From: Tubiluchus corallicola
Lineage: Eukaryota > Animalia > Priapulida
DNA length: 64,000 nt
Assembly: GCA_030141605.1 (NCBI GenBank)
Contig: JAQGDQ010000046.1
Coordinates: 852,789 to 916,788, forward strand
Direction: 5' to 3'
Notes under the pieces: model-generated
What the model was told of the DNA's origin: nothing
The model's database searches: none
What the model saw: only the letters and a program-made list of their open reading frames with translations
Position numbers and translations under genes: made by a program
Shown here: one piece after another, positions 1 to 14,600 of the stretch
Layout: each line of letters opens with the position of its first letter
How positions within the stretch are numbered: the first letter of the stretch is position 1

Positions 1-543
1 CAGTTAAATCGCCCACTCTCTAGTAAACGGTTTCACCAGAAAAATAAAACCATAACATGAAAATTGACTTTAGAATGGTCAAGTTTTATTTATGTTCACA
101 TAAACCAATAAACAGTGCTGTAAAATTCAAAACCGTTATAAAATGACGTAGAGAATCACTGTTGACGGCAAGGTCAATTTGATAAAACCAATTTGACTCA
201 ACTACTTTGTATACATTCATTACCATGTCTTTCATTTTTTTAATTAGCGATGCCATGTGTATAACGTATACAGTGGCTATAACATAACTGTTGTGTATGA
301 CTGTATACACCAAGCATATTTTGTGAGCACAGTATGACAGTGGGTAGGTGAATAAATGATGGTCACAAATGGTTGACGTAGTTTTATGTAATTATATACA
401 GTCCACTAATCCATTCCAAAACATTTTCTCACTGTTCACCTAATACTATATTTTCAGTTTGTTATTTACCAGTCTCAAAGATAAAAATTAATGGAATACA
501 GACAGATTAAGTGGACTATCTCAAACAAGTATCCACCACTCAC

Positions 544-2230
544 CTTGTGTTGTAGATTCACAAAGTCATCGTACTGTCCCTCGGAGGTGGAAAACAGCTA
601 TGAAGAAAAAAAATTACTAAGTACAAAAACTACAAATGGATGAAAGTGAAAGATAATTTACAGCAATGTGTTCCTTGGCTAAATATGAATGTCCCATTGT
701 ACTGGCATAATTGCACTGCACAGATATGAAGTTTTAGCCAAAAGAAAAGGACCAGCTAACGAAAACATTCTTTTTTGATTGGTCACTAATTATCACAGAA
801 GAAAGTAATGTTGCCACAACATTATTAAAAATAATGTAGTAGTTTGTCTTTTGTACATTCTTACCTCATCAGATTAATGATTCATTAAGCCGTTTTAGCA
901 TTTATTGTGAATGAAGCCTTATTGAATGCCTGCTTAGGCTTGGTAGAAAATAAGCCATTTGGCTAATTTGCAAAAGATAAACTGTAGCTTTTTTACGCAG
1001 CTAAAATGATTTTAGGATTGCACTAAATTTAGCCTAAAAAAGCTGAACCAAAACTTATGTAATCAGTTGCATACTTGCTTTGAGAACAAGTCATATTAGA
1101 TTTAAGAAACGATTCGTCAATACTTTGCTGGAACATTTGAATGCCTTCTTAAAGTAAAAACTGTTTTTGTACTGTTGTTGCGCTGCTAATATTATTGCTG
1201 TGAACTAGCTACCAAATGATTAGTCTCACCACGCTGTTCAGAAAACCGAATAGAATTTTAAAAATCTGGGTAAAAACAAATTTGCCAAAGTGTGAATCGC
1301 CGGCAGTAATGTCATGCGCATGCACTAAGCTGCTATGGACATTTACGGAGTCCGTGTAAGTTTCATTGAAGAGATTAAGATCAATACGCCCTTATAACTA
1401 GTATGCGAATATAGACCCAGTGTACAAACGGCCGGTTATTGAGCGTCTATTGACGAAGAATTTCATTTATAGTGCATTTGGATAATTGGACAAACCTTTT
1501 TATTTACGCCAAATCTGTGCTTCTAAATAAGGCCACGTTGTTCATACATAAGATTAATATAAATGGTAGTAATGAGCAACCCGAGAAGGAAATTTCCTAT
1601 TTATCCCGAACTTTCATACAGTTTGGCACTTTTTGCAACGCGGGATAATTGTGAGGGTGAGGACAATTGTGGTAGGACCAGAATCGAAGTCAGTTACCAA
1701 TGACAACCTGCTAAGATGGGTTGTGAAGCCGACAAAGTTAACCGTATGCGTATACAATACTATACATCGCATCAACAACAGGGGCAAACTGGCAAATTAA
1801 ATCACCTAGCAGGAGTTTTCCTGGTAGTCCCCCATTCATTTATAGACCAGGTTGGTCGTTGCTTAACTTCAGTTGTCAAGCATATATGGCGTGGTCACTC
1901 AGCAATATCCTGAGTTCTTTGCATCCTGAGGCAAAAAATGAAAAACTGCCTTAAGCCAAAAAGTTGTTTAAATAAACTAGAAATATAATTAAAGTAACTG
2001 CAATATGCAATGAATAAAGAATAATTACATTTCAATATTTACTTGACGAAGGGCATGCACATCAATATACACTGTAACTATACTACTAATTAACTAATTT
2101 AACTAATCTATATGTAATAATAAGATTGCCTATTATCATTACAAAAAATATAAACAAAAAGTACCTTGTCCACGGCTGCACCTACACTGTCAGTTACAGC
2201 ATTCAACAATGTCATCATTATCATTGACAT
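544..2230 (-). CDS. Possible first coding exons of an unidentified gene running off the left edge
   Basis: Exon 597-544 has a strong acceptor (ttttttttcttcatag) and donor (AAG|gtgagt), is 54 nt and is open in phase 0 (LFSTSEGQYDDFVNLQHK). Candidate upstream exon 2230-2165 starts at ATG and is open to a phase-0 donor (MSMIMMTLLNAVTDSVGAAVDK|gtactt). No homology recognised. Confidence 0.3.
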
Positions 2231-5200
2231 ACACAACAGCGATGACTATGACGAATCATCCGTACGAAGACAACATCTGGATATATATCTCCTGCCACAA
2301 AAATATTGCCACGAAGATCTTGCCTCTGCTGAATAGCTGAATTTAATCACAAATTATTCACGAAGTTATCACACTGTTGAAAATTCAAACTGTTCAAATG
2401 GCATCCATATACCTGCTGCATCATCACGATTTTTTAAGCTCAAAGCACAGTACACGTTTCGAAAGTTTGTTACTGCAACCTTTCTTTGTAAATATATCGA
2501 GGTTTAAGCTGTCAGTCAGCTGATAACTATAAGCCTGAATTAATGATTAACGATAGTGCTACAGGTTATAATTTTGTTAAATTTAAAAAAGCAGCCAAAT
2601 CAGGTGCTTAGATTTAGGTAACTTACTTCCAGCGCTACAGATACGAAACGTGACCAGGAGGTATGTTGAGAAGAAAATGGCTGTTTCTACATATTTTGTT
2701 CTATGAACTTTTAAGTATGTTTATTCCTTAACCTGAAAGTTTCTGCTGTTTATGCCAAATCAGTTTACTATCTTTCTTGGTGAAATGGAGCCATAATGGA
2801 AGTTGTTGAATGCACACAAACTGCTAGTGAAACAAGTCCGTTATATCCTTGACTCCTGGATTAACATAAGTGCACAAATTGCTGTTATAAACAACCCTTG
2901 AACTGTTGGACATGCCGGAAGTGTGAACAAACTAAGCGGTTCTTTAGGTGTTTCATTTATGGACTGTACTCTAACCCTTCGTACCAGACTGCAAGACAAC
3001 GGCTATCTACTTTGCTCGAGAAAGAAGTGTTGCTGAACTAACAGCTTAACGCTAGTGTATGCTTCCATCCTGCCGAACAAGGATTTCCTGCTAAGCCAGA
3101 AGGAGGAGAAGGCCCACGCAAGAACATCCAGCAGCTTCCAACGTAGAAACAATAGCACTACAGAGCTCTTAGTACCTATTTAGGAAAGGGCACCAGCACT
3201 CAGTGTTTTAAATAACTCGCCAACATAAGCACTATACGATCAATCAGAGATATAGGTTGACCTGTTTAAACATCTTGGCACACTGAAAGCATAGCTGAGT
3301 TACACCGGGCCGTCACAAATAAGAGAAGAAAGTCGCCTTCATACATTAGCACTGATGACACTAATTTACCGTTCATTCTGATTAGATTACAAAAAAGTGA
3401 GTGGTAATACCTCTTATTAATCATGCGTTTATGCTCTGGCTCACGTGACTGCTTAATTATTCAACTTGTTGTCATTCATTAACAAGGCAAAATATAATTA
3501 ACCGTTCTCAAGAGAGTATCTTCAATGTAGCGAGGTGTCGCCAAATGTGATGCCTACATTTTATTTTTATTACGTATGAGTCATGAGCAGCCATGTCAGC
3601 GAAGCCAGGCATGGGAGTAGTAGAATGAATAGATACACCCAAAATAATGGTACGGATGATTAGCTTGACAAAAAGCTTTCAAGTATACTAATGGCAAAAC
3701 ATGATTAAAGTAATAGATTCATTGCAGAATAAATAAAGGGATCAAAATGTGATCTTTTGCTCTCCGGTTGAGGGACGATTCTACTCTAGCGTTTATTAGA
3801 CATAAAAGAGAAGACGCAAAGATGGGACCGCACTTCGATGAAGGCGATGAGGTATATGTTACCTTTTAGACAACATTTGGTAAACTTAGGAAGGTGACTA
3901 AAACTAAAATGTCAATTATTTTCATCTTCGCCAATGAAGCTTGTTAAACTTAAAACAACAACATTGCTTCCTAAACATATAAATCAAACATCGAAAAATA
4001 GTAATAATACCTGACTTGCAACACACAAAACGAAGTAGCAGTGTTAGGTAGTAATGAGCGTGCATTTTTTACAATATGGCATACTGTAAGCCGGCGTCCA
4101 CTTACTATGAATGGGCTGACGGTTGAGGTCAGGCCGGAAACCTACCTCATTGTCAATGCTATCAATCTAAGATGAGAAGCTAAAGCGACAGAGGTGCCTC
4201 AAAAAGCCAGAATCAGTATGGTATAATAAGACAGTCCAGAGCAAACATCGAATCCAGTGTTTCTTAACTTGAGTCATCAAGCAGCGCAAGCACCACCAGG
4301 ACAACTCGGTTATTCCTCCCGCCTTGCAAGGGCTGGCAGAACGAAAAATCATCAGAATATAGCAACTACCGAGAAAATTTTCCAACAACACGCAATAAAA
4401 TACCAAAACGCATACATCTACACGAAATTGTTCTATTAGATGAAATCACACTTTTTAAGAGAAACAATGAAAAACAGCGTGGAACCACATTACTATTCTA
4501 TCCTTCCAGAATTGTTTTACACTGACAAGTGTTTTAAAAACGCAATAAAATCAAACACATTCGTAGTTTATAAATTAAGATTAACGAACTTAAAGTTAAA
4601 GTCGCAGCATTTACAACCAAGGCAGTATACAATCTTAGAAACACCAAGTAGCACTTTGGCAGCTTACAGCTTACAGCTACTAAGCAACAGCAGCGATTTG
4701 GATCTCCTACTTCACTCATGTTATTCAAATATTCCAATCGATGCCACAGCGTTAGTAAAGCCATAAAATTGACAAAGTGTTAGAGTGAGCCAAATGTTGA
4801 TTTAGCAGAGATTGAATATCTTCAGTTGAATTACTACAGTCTAGTGTCTATAGAAACAAGCTACCAATGCAAATTCAATAGATAGATGCTTATACTACAA
4901 TCAAAACATCTAAAATAACATTTTGTAACTCTTGCTTAGGACTAAAATTACAAAACAGTCTACCTGCGTGTATGAGACTTCCCTTTTTAAGCCTAACAAC
5001 GATTTTTAAAGCTACTCTAAATTAGATGTTTTTCACTGCCACGCTTCGAAGATTATTTGAAAAAATGTTTAACCTGGCCTTACCTACATGAAAAGAATTC
5101 CTTCTGACAAACTGCACTAGAGAGATTAAAGAAAATCTGTCATTAACAGCAAAATTTTTCTTGCGTCCAAGAGTCATTAACGAACATATACTTTCAAGGA

Positions 5201-5872
5201 AATTGGCTTCCCCATTTTGTAATCAACGAAAAAGTCTTGTACCCTAATAAAATGGTTCTGTATAATGACGCTCACGCTAGATTATAGCTGACCCTCGTAA
5301 CACACAGTAAAATGGTTTCGCCGCTAACAGACTAATCAATCAATCAATCCAAAATGAGGGCTACATCTTTCTCAGTCTCTCTCGGGAACGTGGTTTCTTA
5401 AAAGCTTCTTCCACATATGAGTAATGATCAAGAAAAACACCAGAGACTACAGCAATTAATTTAACAGTATCAAGCGTAGCTAAAAGAAATTATCTTGTTT
5501 TCGCATATAAGGAATCAAAACAAAAATTCCTCAGCAAAATGGTTTCTTTTTCAATAGATCTCACCCGCAAAATGCTTTCGACCATACCAATAAGAAAGAC
5601 AGCTCTTGCGAAGTGAATGTTGAATCCCATCTTGCGAAGTGAATATTGAATCCTACTGTGCTGTTTCATTTGCTCTGTACAAATCCATTCCATTACTTCC
5701 GCATATATCCTTTAAGCGGCTATACAATGAAAGATTCTATACGTGCTTTAGACAAGCATGAAATTTTCAAGTATAGATACAACAAATATAAAGCAAAAAA
5801 TTCTGGATAAAAACTACATCTTTCTCTATTTTGCAACCCACCTATTCTTCCCTCGCCAATGCCTCTTCCTCA

Positions 5873-5937
5873 CTCACTCTCTCTCTCCTTCTCTCTCTCT
5901 CTCTCTCCCTCTCTCTCTCTCTCCCCCTCCCTTTCTC
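5873..5937. repeat. (CT)n microsatellite
   Basis: Imperfect ctctctct run. Confidence 0.9.
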
Positions 5938-7059
5938 ATTTCAACTCAGCAATTATACAATAAATTCTTGACGTTTTCCGCAGTGACCTAAAACGTCATT
6001 CCTATGAATCTCGCCGATCATTAAATATCAATTATTCAGCTTCTACAACACTCATTTTTCTTAATTAGCTGGCTCCGAATTATAGGCTACAAAAACAAAC
6101 TATTGTCAACGCATTTCTTAAAATCCACTAATCATTGGGCCTTCATTACTAATTTCTTTGGCAGGTTCTTAATACAAACTTGAGAAGTTATAGCACGCTC
6201 ATTTACGCAGTTCGGATTTGAAGCAACAAGTATGCATGAAAAATATCAAACCAGTCATAGAAGGGCATCGATTTTAAACCTTGATTCAATAAAAATAATG
6301 ATCTTGTTAGTCATGGAACTTCGTCATCACTCACTAACATTCAAATGAATCATGACTACAGACGAAGAGACGAATCAGTACAATTAGGCGCCTGTCTGCA
6401 GCTAAATAGTACAAAGACTTGTAGAAGCTTAATGATGGTATCAGAGCAGCTTCATTAACTGTACCGGGTGCCGGCGAGAGGAACTGATGATTCAGGTTCT
6501 GCATCCCTATATTATGAATTTATGGATAGATCTAATCCAGAATCAACAGATCTATATAAAATCCCTGTGCAACATTAATAAGTAAAAATAAGGTGAGAGA
6601 TATGGGACATGGTGTGTTTAACAGAACATGGCTTCTTCCAATAAACTGCTCACATACATTTACGTGAAAGGTCATATACACATTATTTATCTTTATACTT
6701 TATTTATCGTTTTAAATTCAGTGAACAAAAACTTACAGTTAGTAATAATGAAGTAGACCCAAAGCATGAAAAATGCACTAAAAAGTGTGTATGGATTAAG
6801 ACGCTAAATGCTAGTGCCAGGCATAAATGTTACAAATTATTGTTGAATTTGGTACTAAACATATAGCAAAAGATGCATTACTAAGGCGCTACGATGATTA
6901 GTTTCAAATTTGTTAAAATGAAAAAGCACTATTCTCGACAAACATGAATTTTTTTTATCATTCCCAAAAGACAGTATCTGGTTAGGTTCTCAAAGCAAAA
7001 TCTTAATATCTTCCCCGTAAATAATATTACACAGATACAACAGGTACCGCAAACCACTA

Positions 7060-8745
7060 TTTCCCAACATTATTTGACTATTTTCAAAACGCTATTATAG
7101 ATTCATTACAAAATCCTAAAAAACTTTGGTGGAAAAACTTAAAAAAGTTATTACCGTCAAAAAAGCAAGTTTTGCCAACACAAATAAAAACTGCTGAGAT
7201 GTGTGTGACTAATGCTTGTGATATTGCTAATATGTTCAACCAACACTTTGTACATATATCTGACAATATCAAAATACCTGATGATAAGATGGATGAAAAC
7301 TTAATAATATTGACTCTGGAAGGTACACAGGTGTTGCATACCTAGACTTAAAAAAACTTTTGATGTCCTAGACCATAACATCATTCTTGATAAATTACAA
7401 ATGTATGGAATTAGGGGTATAGGCTATACATGATTCCATTCACATCTAAAGAACCGTCAGTAAATTGTTAGCTTTATAGGAGAGCTACCTGATGTTGAAA
7501 CAATAAAATCCGGACTACCACAGGGTTCCTTTGTTGGGCCTATATTATTTTTATTACATATAAATGACCTTTCCTCGAAAATAAAACACTGCCACTTAGA
7601 GACATATGCAGACGACAGTATGCAGTACGCTGGTGACCGGGATTTAAATGAAGTCCAAAGAAACATCCAAAACGGAGTGAATAAAATTAGTAAGTGGATG
7701 GTTCACAATAGAAACTCTTAATGAAACAAAAACAAAAACAATGTTAGTAGGCAGTGCCCAGAAATTAGTCAGTATGGACTCTACTCAACTAAATATTCAT
7801 ACGTGTCGTTCTGGAACAAGAGGGAATCAGAAAACATGTTGGGTGTAATGACCATAACGAAAATCTCTCTAAGTCACATGGAAAAATTGCACAAAAAATT
7901 GGAATTCAGAAAAAAGTTTCCCTATGCATCTGCAAATATTTTTCAAAAACACTGTTTAATGTAATTGTTCAATCTCATCACATGTTGCACTATATGGAGA
8001 ACTGTAAAAATCAACAAAATTTAATTAAAATTACTAGACTTCAAAAATGTGCCGTTAAAATAATTTTGGGATAGCATAGGATGCCACAGATGTTTTGAAA
8101 AATTGCTGATTAGATAGACTACAGGAAAATATTACTTGTCCTTCATGCAATTACCAATAATTTGGTGCCTGACAGAATTAGGCTAGAGTTCAGATAAAAA
8201 GCACCAATGCACAGTACAACAAATGCATCAAGTTATATATCCCAAAACCCCAAACTAATCATAAAAAGGCCTTATCAGAATATTCCAGGGGTTCTAAGAG
8301 GGTTCAGTTAAGAAATGTTTTACTTAAGAAACGATTTTATAATTTTCCGAAATAGTCCTATTTTTAGCAACACTGAAAATGTAGTTATATATATATAAAA
8401 CTTTTTAAAGTGTAACTTTATGTGTTTTAATATAATTTTATCATAGTCTAAATTATTCGCTGTAACTGCAAATTTTAATCGTAACTTACTTTTGTAATTT
8501 CATTGTATATTATAATATGTACTTTTAGAGTGTAATTTTCTTGATGTAACTGAAAAATTTTCGAACTGTTAATTTTAATTTTAATTTGCTCTCATTGTTT
8601 TAACGTGTAATGTCAGTGCGTAATTTATTTTTATTTAAAATTGTCACTTTTAATTTTATTAACTGCATGGACCAAAATGGAAACATTGTTTATATGCAAT
8701 TTTAATGTATCCATGTAAAAAATAAATTTCTGTCTGTCTATCTAT
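7060..8745 (+). mobile_element. Degenerate 5'-truncated CR1/L2-group LINE (RT region plus 3' UTR and tail)
   Basis: Frameshifted RT motifs: DLKKxFDVLDHNIILDKLQMYGIRG (~7345-7420), GLPQGSFVGPILFLLHINDL (~7510-7570), TYADDS (~7602-7619). An AT-rich 3' UTR ends in catggacc...tatccatg, AATAAA and a short (TCTG/TCTA) tail at ~8728-8745. Confidence 0.85.
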
Positions 8746-8788
8746 TTGTTTAAGACGTTGCCTGATTCGATCAAGTAGTATAATATTA

Positions 8789-8960
8789 CATATATTATAT
8801 ATATATATATATATATACAGGATTCTCAAGAAATACTCTCTGTAACAAAATTAAACGGCTTTCAATGTATTTAAGCAAATAGTATTTTGAGGAAACAAAT
8901 TTTTACAATACAATACATTACAATACAATACATTACAATACAATGCATTACAATACAGTA
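8789..8960. repeat. (TA)n and (ACAAT/ATACA)n simple repeats
   Basis: TA run at ~8790-8817 and acaatacaatacatt repeats at ~8905-8960. Confidence 0.85.
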
Positions 8961-10599
8961 CGGCATACGATATTATTTAACGGGCACTACATTAAAGACT
9001 TTGCAAACAGAATATGCATCTCTCGACTTCGTTTTTCATAATCTCGAATCATAATATGAAATTTTATGCAAGCGAATCACTGAGGTCAACTCCATCAGAT
9101 TAGTACCTGAAGCAAATTAATTTATTACTTTCCTGTAGAGGACTTTTCATCCACACTGCCGTGAACACAAACACCGAGTATCTTCACAAAATACGTAGCA
9201 CAGAACATCAGAACTTGTTAAACGCGCTGCACAGAACGCTATACCTGAATGAAGCCAGTTTGATGCTATTTGATCAATGGCGATAGTTAGTCACTGCATC
9301 TTGTGGGAGGGCTGTTTACTGCGCACAATCACCAGATTTAGATCTTGTTATTATACTATAGTATTTACTATGAAAAAACTATTTTGATTTAAGGGGTTTA
9401 CACGCTCGTGCAATATGGAATTGCATGCATTATAAGTAAGCAGTAATCTCTGCAAATATAAGAAGTAGGAATTTATTCATGTTGGTCAACGATCAACCAT
9501 ACTTGTCCGACTGCTCTTATTGCAGTTATCGTATCCAGTGTGCGACTTCAGTGAGCTTGTAGGTGGTTTAATAGGTTGACTGCCGCTCTGAGAGTCAAGT
9601 TATACAATATATTCATTATGCACATTGTTACAAGCATCATTATGCACATATTCACAAGCAAAAACTGTGAGATCTGGTTTATACATTTTATTTGTAAATG
9701 GCAGCCAAGTGTGGTAGAATGTGGCATTTGAGACCTCCAGGAGAAAAACAAAAAGATCGAAAGAAACAAATGAAATTAACGAAATCATACAGACTAGCTC
9801 AACCCTGGAAGATAGCAAATCTGGAGGTTTTTCAAAAAAAGTAACAAAATCATAAATATAAAAACAGGTTATGACCACTAACCCACTGAAACTTTTTCTC
9901 GAAAAAAGTTAAATAGATGTAGTTAACAGTTAAAACAGCTTAGTAGTAACTTTGCGGATTCGAACAACGTCATAAGTTTGCTAAATTTGGTTATTGATCA
10001 AGATTGCTTTCCATGCAAAATGAACCTATTAAAGAGGCTGTTTGTTGTGACAGCATTTTTTTAGCTTTATTGAAAAAAAATCACAATTTACTGTTTTTCT
10101 TATTTAATGTGAGAAAACAAAGGTGTAACGCAAGATCATAATCCGTTGCACGCACACCGTCACACACCACGGAGGCATACATCCAAGTACACTCTCACAC
10201 GCGCGTGCGCGCACCCCCCCCCCCCCCCACACACACACATCGCACACATTAAAAAACCGGTCATATTTATACAACAATTAATTGGAGGCAGAGAAAAAGG
10301 AGACACAATACACAATCAGTCAAAGCCACCTATATAATACTAAAGACATGGCTTAATTATATCATTAGGATGATAATTAATTAATATTATTATACACCCA
10401 CAATTATTTTAATTTTACACAAACACACAATTAATTAAATTTTGATATCAAATTCGAAGGATAGGAATTGTGAAAAAACTGAGCTGTAGCAACCATCTGC
10501 TTACAAGGCAGACACGGTAAGAGGCGTTTACCAGACATCCAGAACACGTATGCATTATGCACGGGATAGATATAATCGTTTTATATTTTTTCCAGTGCA

Positions 10600-13500
10600 C
10601 CCCGTTTATCAGACGCGCGTTATTGCGTTTTGGGCTCTGGGCTTGCAAAAAATCGATGTAGCAATTTTTTCTGCAAGGCCTTGTAGAGAACTCAGAGAGT
10701 CGTGAAACTGTCAGCACACTCAAACAAGAAAACAAAATGCTCAAAGCAACTATCGCCAATTTAGAAAAACAAGTTTATACTGCTGACGAAGCAACCTTTA
10801 ACAGTAATGAACGGAGAGATATGATTGAAATTTCTGGAGTTCCGTATGTTCAAAATGAATATACCAATGGTATTGTGGAAAGTTTGTGAGATTATCGAAG
10901 TGCCAATACATCCAGAAGAAATAGCCACTTCATACCGCATGTAGCGACCTAAATTAGGAAGCACCCCTGCAATCATTGCGAAATTTGTGCGCAGGTATAT
11001 CCGAGATAAAGTTTATGCTGCACGCAAGAATATAAATTCAGCTGCTGACCTTGGACTTTCTACTTCCCACAAAATCTACATAAGCGAAAATCTGACAAAA
11101 GTGAACAGAACGCTGTTGTTTCACATACGTCAATGCAAAAAACAATTGAATTACAAGTATGCATGGTCACGTGAAAGAACGCATCTTTATTAAACGCTCA
11201 GATTCTTCTGATGCAATGGTCGTAAACTCAATCCAGGGTCTTCTTGCCAAGGGATATCTACCATCCAGAACTTCAACCTAGAGGTAAAAGCCTTAATACG
11301 TAATATGGTACTGATGGTTGTAACAAACTTACTACAGGTGATAATTTATACCCGTGTAGCGTTTGTTTCACAAAAACTGTAGGAGTAATCAACCTGCTAT
11401 ATATTATAATAATTGTGGCAGATGAGAATGTACCCTATTAACTCTCGATGGTTTCTGTAAATTAAGAAATTCTGATAAAGTGTTTTTTGCCAACCATGTC
11501 TAAACTTGATTTTACGATTTCAAATAATTGACAACGATGATCTTTACGATCACACTCAGTTAAATTGTAGCCCGATCGAGATAGCCCAACTACAAACGCT
11601 AAATGTTTCATCTAGTTTTTAACCAAAATGAGAATGGCCCTGACCTTAATCATAACACCCAATTTGAATTATTATAGCAAGTATTATAAACCCGCTGCAC
11701 AACAATCATCCTCTGACCTTCAAACTACTGATACAGACCTCAAAATTTTGCATTTAAATATGTCTAGTCTTCAAAAACATTACTCTAGTATGGTGGATGT
11801 TTTGCTTCACTTCCGTAATCCACCTGATCTGATCGCTATAAGGAAAACCCGTATGAATGATAATAATTTTTTTTTATGTAATTTACTTGATTATACTTTC
11901 ATGCGTGCTGACTCCAAAACAAAGGCAGTCTTTTGGGCCTTTAAATAACAAATAAGCTGTTCTTCAAACAAATACATAAATTTGACTTAAATAGCGATGA
12001 ACTTCCTTTGACTGCAAACTCTGATATGCAGGTTGAAAACATTTGGGTAGATCTTCAAAGTCATGATAAACCCAAACAATTCATATTCGGTGTTATATAT
12101 TGTCACCCTAATACAAATCTTGCTCAGTTTTACGAAGCCATGGAATACGTTTTGGATAAAATAAACAAAACAGGGAAATCATGCTACCTGACTGGTGACA
12201 TCAACGTTAACCTGTTGCACCATGAGGCTAAGCCTTACAAATCTGATTATTTAAATACGGTTTTTCCAACCTGTTCACTCCCATTATAACTACACCTACT
12301 AGGCTAACTCATAGCTCCAAACATTGATTGATCATATATATACAAATAATTTTAAAAACTACGTCATTCCTGCAATTCTGCTTTACCAAGTTGCAGACCA
12401 TTTGCCCGTATGCTAAACGTACCAATAACAAAATAATAATCCATGATGAAAGTAAGTTTAATGAGGCTCACTTTTTGAACAACCTAAACACCAAACTGAA
12501 CAATCTATCATTCACTAATCTAACAACAAATGATGCTTTTAGAAATTTTATGAATACGATTGCTGAAGTGCTGGGCCATCATGCGCACGTAAAAACTTTG
12601 TTCAGAAAAGAAACTGAAAGCTTCAGTAAGCCCTGGCTAACCACTAGTCTCTTAACAACCATTAAAATTAAAAGCCAACTATATAAAACTCACTAACTGT
12701 CGACTAGTCTGTACAAAAAATTATCGTGTCTATACCAGTGAACTTAATCACCTAAAAGAACAATCTAAACGTGCTTATTATTCTAACATACTTGAAACCA
12801 ATAAAATAATATGAAAAAAACTCAAAAACTATAAACAATATAACAAACTGTCAGAAAAATATACGCAAATCACCTAAAGAACTCACTCTAAATGGTAAGG
12901 TATACACTTAGGAGAAAGACATTAGTGAAATATTAAACAACTTTTTCTGTAACATGGGACTTGACATGGCTGATAAAGTTCCACAGACCAACATTAAATT
13001 TGACTATTATTTAAATAATCATGTCCAAAATAGTTTTTATATAACTCCGTACGTACTGATAATGAAATACATACTGAAATAAATAAACTTAACAACAGCA
13101 AATCAGTTGACCCAGAAAACATTTTAATCTAGCCATTGATGTTATTACACCCTTTCTGACAGTTCTATAGTAGAAGGTGTTTTTCCTGATATAGCCAAAA
13201 ATAGCCAAAAGTATCCCAATATATAAATCATCCAAATCACCTGAAAATCCTTCTAACTATAGGCAGATCTCGTTGCATTTGCCAATCACAAAAATATTTG
13301 AAAATTTGGTAAACTAGATAAATTCATTACCAACAAAAAAATCTATCTAACTACCAATTTGGATTTAGAAAGAACAATTCAACTGCATTAGCTGTGTCTG
13401 AACTAACTGATAGATTGCTAAACAATATTGATAACCTGTTTGTTTGCATTATCTTTCTAGATTTATCCAAAGCCTTTGATACTGTTGACCATAACACTTT

Positions 13501-14600
13501 GTCGCAAAAAATGGAAAATTGGGGTATTAGAGGGCACTCTTTAACTTTCTTTACCTCATATTTACATAACTGACAATGTATACATGCATTGGAAACACCA
13601 ACTCAAACCTAGCCAACATAAATGTGGTGTCCCACAAGGTTCAACACTTGGCCCGCTAGTGTTTCTTCTGTATATCTTCTGTATAAGCAATGACCTTGCT
13701 TATTAGTCTGTATTTCATACAAAATTGTTTTTTTGATGATACTAACCTGCTCTTATCTGATACTAACCTAAATAATCTTCAACAAATAGTCAATAAATGA
13801 AATCTTAAATGTCAGTTCTTGGATGCAAACCAATAGGTTAATGATAAATTACAAAAATACTAAACACATATTAATTGCATGAAAATGTTCAGCAGACTTA
13901 AATAATTTCCAACCCAAAACTATAAGATTTCAAGTAATTGAATGGTCCAATGGAATAAAATACCTGGGGTTATTTATTGATCACAAATTATCATGGGCCA
14001 CACTCAACATAAGCACATTTGTTATAAGGTTAGTAAAATTAAAGGTCTTATATTAAAAATTAAGCCCTATGTAGAACAAGCCACCATAAAGCTCATTTAC
14101 TTTGCCCTATGCCCTTTTACTTTGCCCATTTACTTACAGAATGGTATACTTTCCTGGGGCACTGCCACTTTAACTATACTAAAATCTCTTCAAACTCAAC
14201 AAAATGAAATTATAAAGTTAATGACATTCTCTACTAGGCATGAATGCGCTACACCATAATATTACAACCTGAAATTACTCAAAATAAATGATACTTATAA
14301 GCTTGAACTTGTAAAGTTTGTATACAAGGTCAAACATAAATTGCTGCCCAACCTCTTCAAAAATTATTATACCTCTGCATCTGATATACGCTGCTACAAA
14401 ACAAAACCTGCCATTAATAGATCTCTCTTCATTGAAATTGTTAATACATTTATAGGACAAAAATCTCTAAAATATCAAGGGCCTATACTATTGAACATTT
14501 TGCCTACTGATATCACTGCAAGGTCGTTAAATTCTTAGAAATGGAAATACTGCTGTTTCCTTATTGATAACTACAACATTCCTAGCCCCTATGAGGAGTA
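10600..14600 (+). mobile_element. Near full-length degenerate CR1/L2-group LINE (ORF1 + APE endonuclease + RT)
   Basis: ORF1 remnants: coiled coil LKQENKMLKATIANLEKQV, IEISGVP, PAIIAKFVRR, IYISENLTKVNRTLL...YKYAWS. APE motifs: LKILHLNMSSLQKH, YLTGDINVNLL, LIDHIYTN. RT motifs: FLDLSKAFDTVDH (~13453), GVPQGSTLGPLVFLLY (~13626), FDDT (~13735). Many stops and frameshifts. The 3' UTR may extend to ~15240. Confidence 0.9.

Noticed and set aside
86-313. 75-aa ORF as the next exon of the left-edge gene
   Set aside because: No phase-compatible acceptor found and no recognisable homology.
5604-5653. 26-bp tandem duplication
   Set aside because: Real but only two units; an ordinary slippage product.
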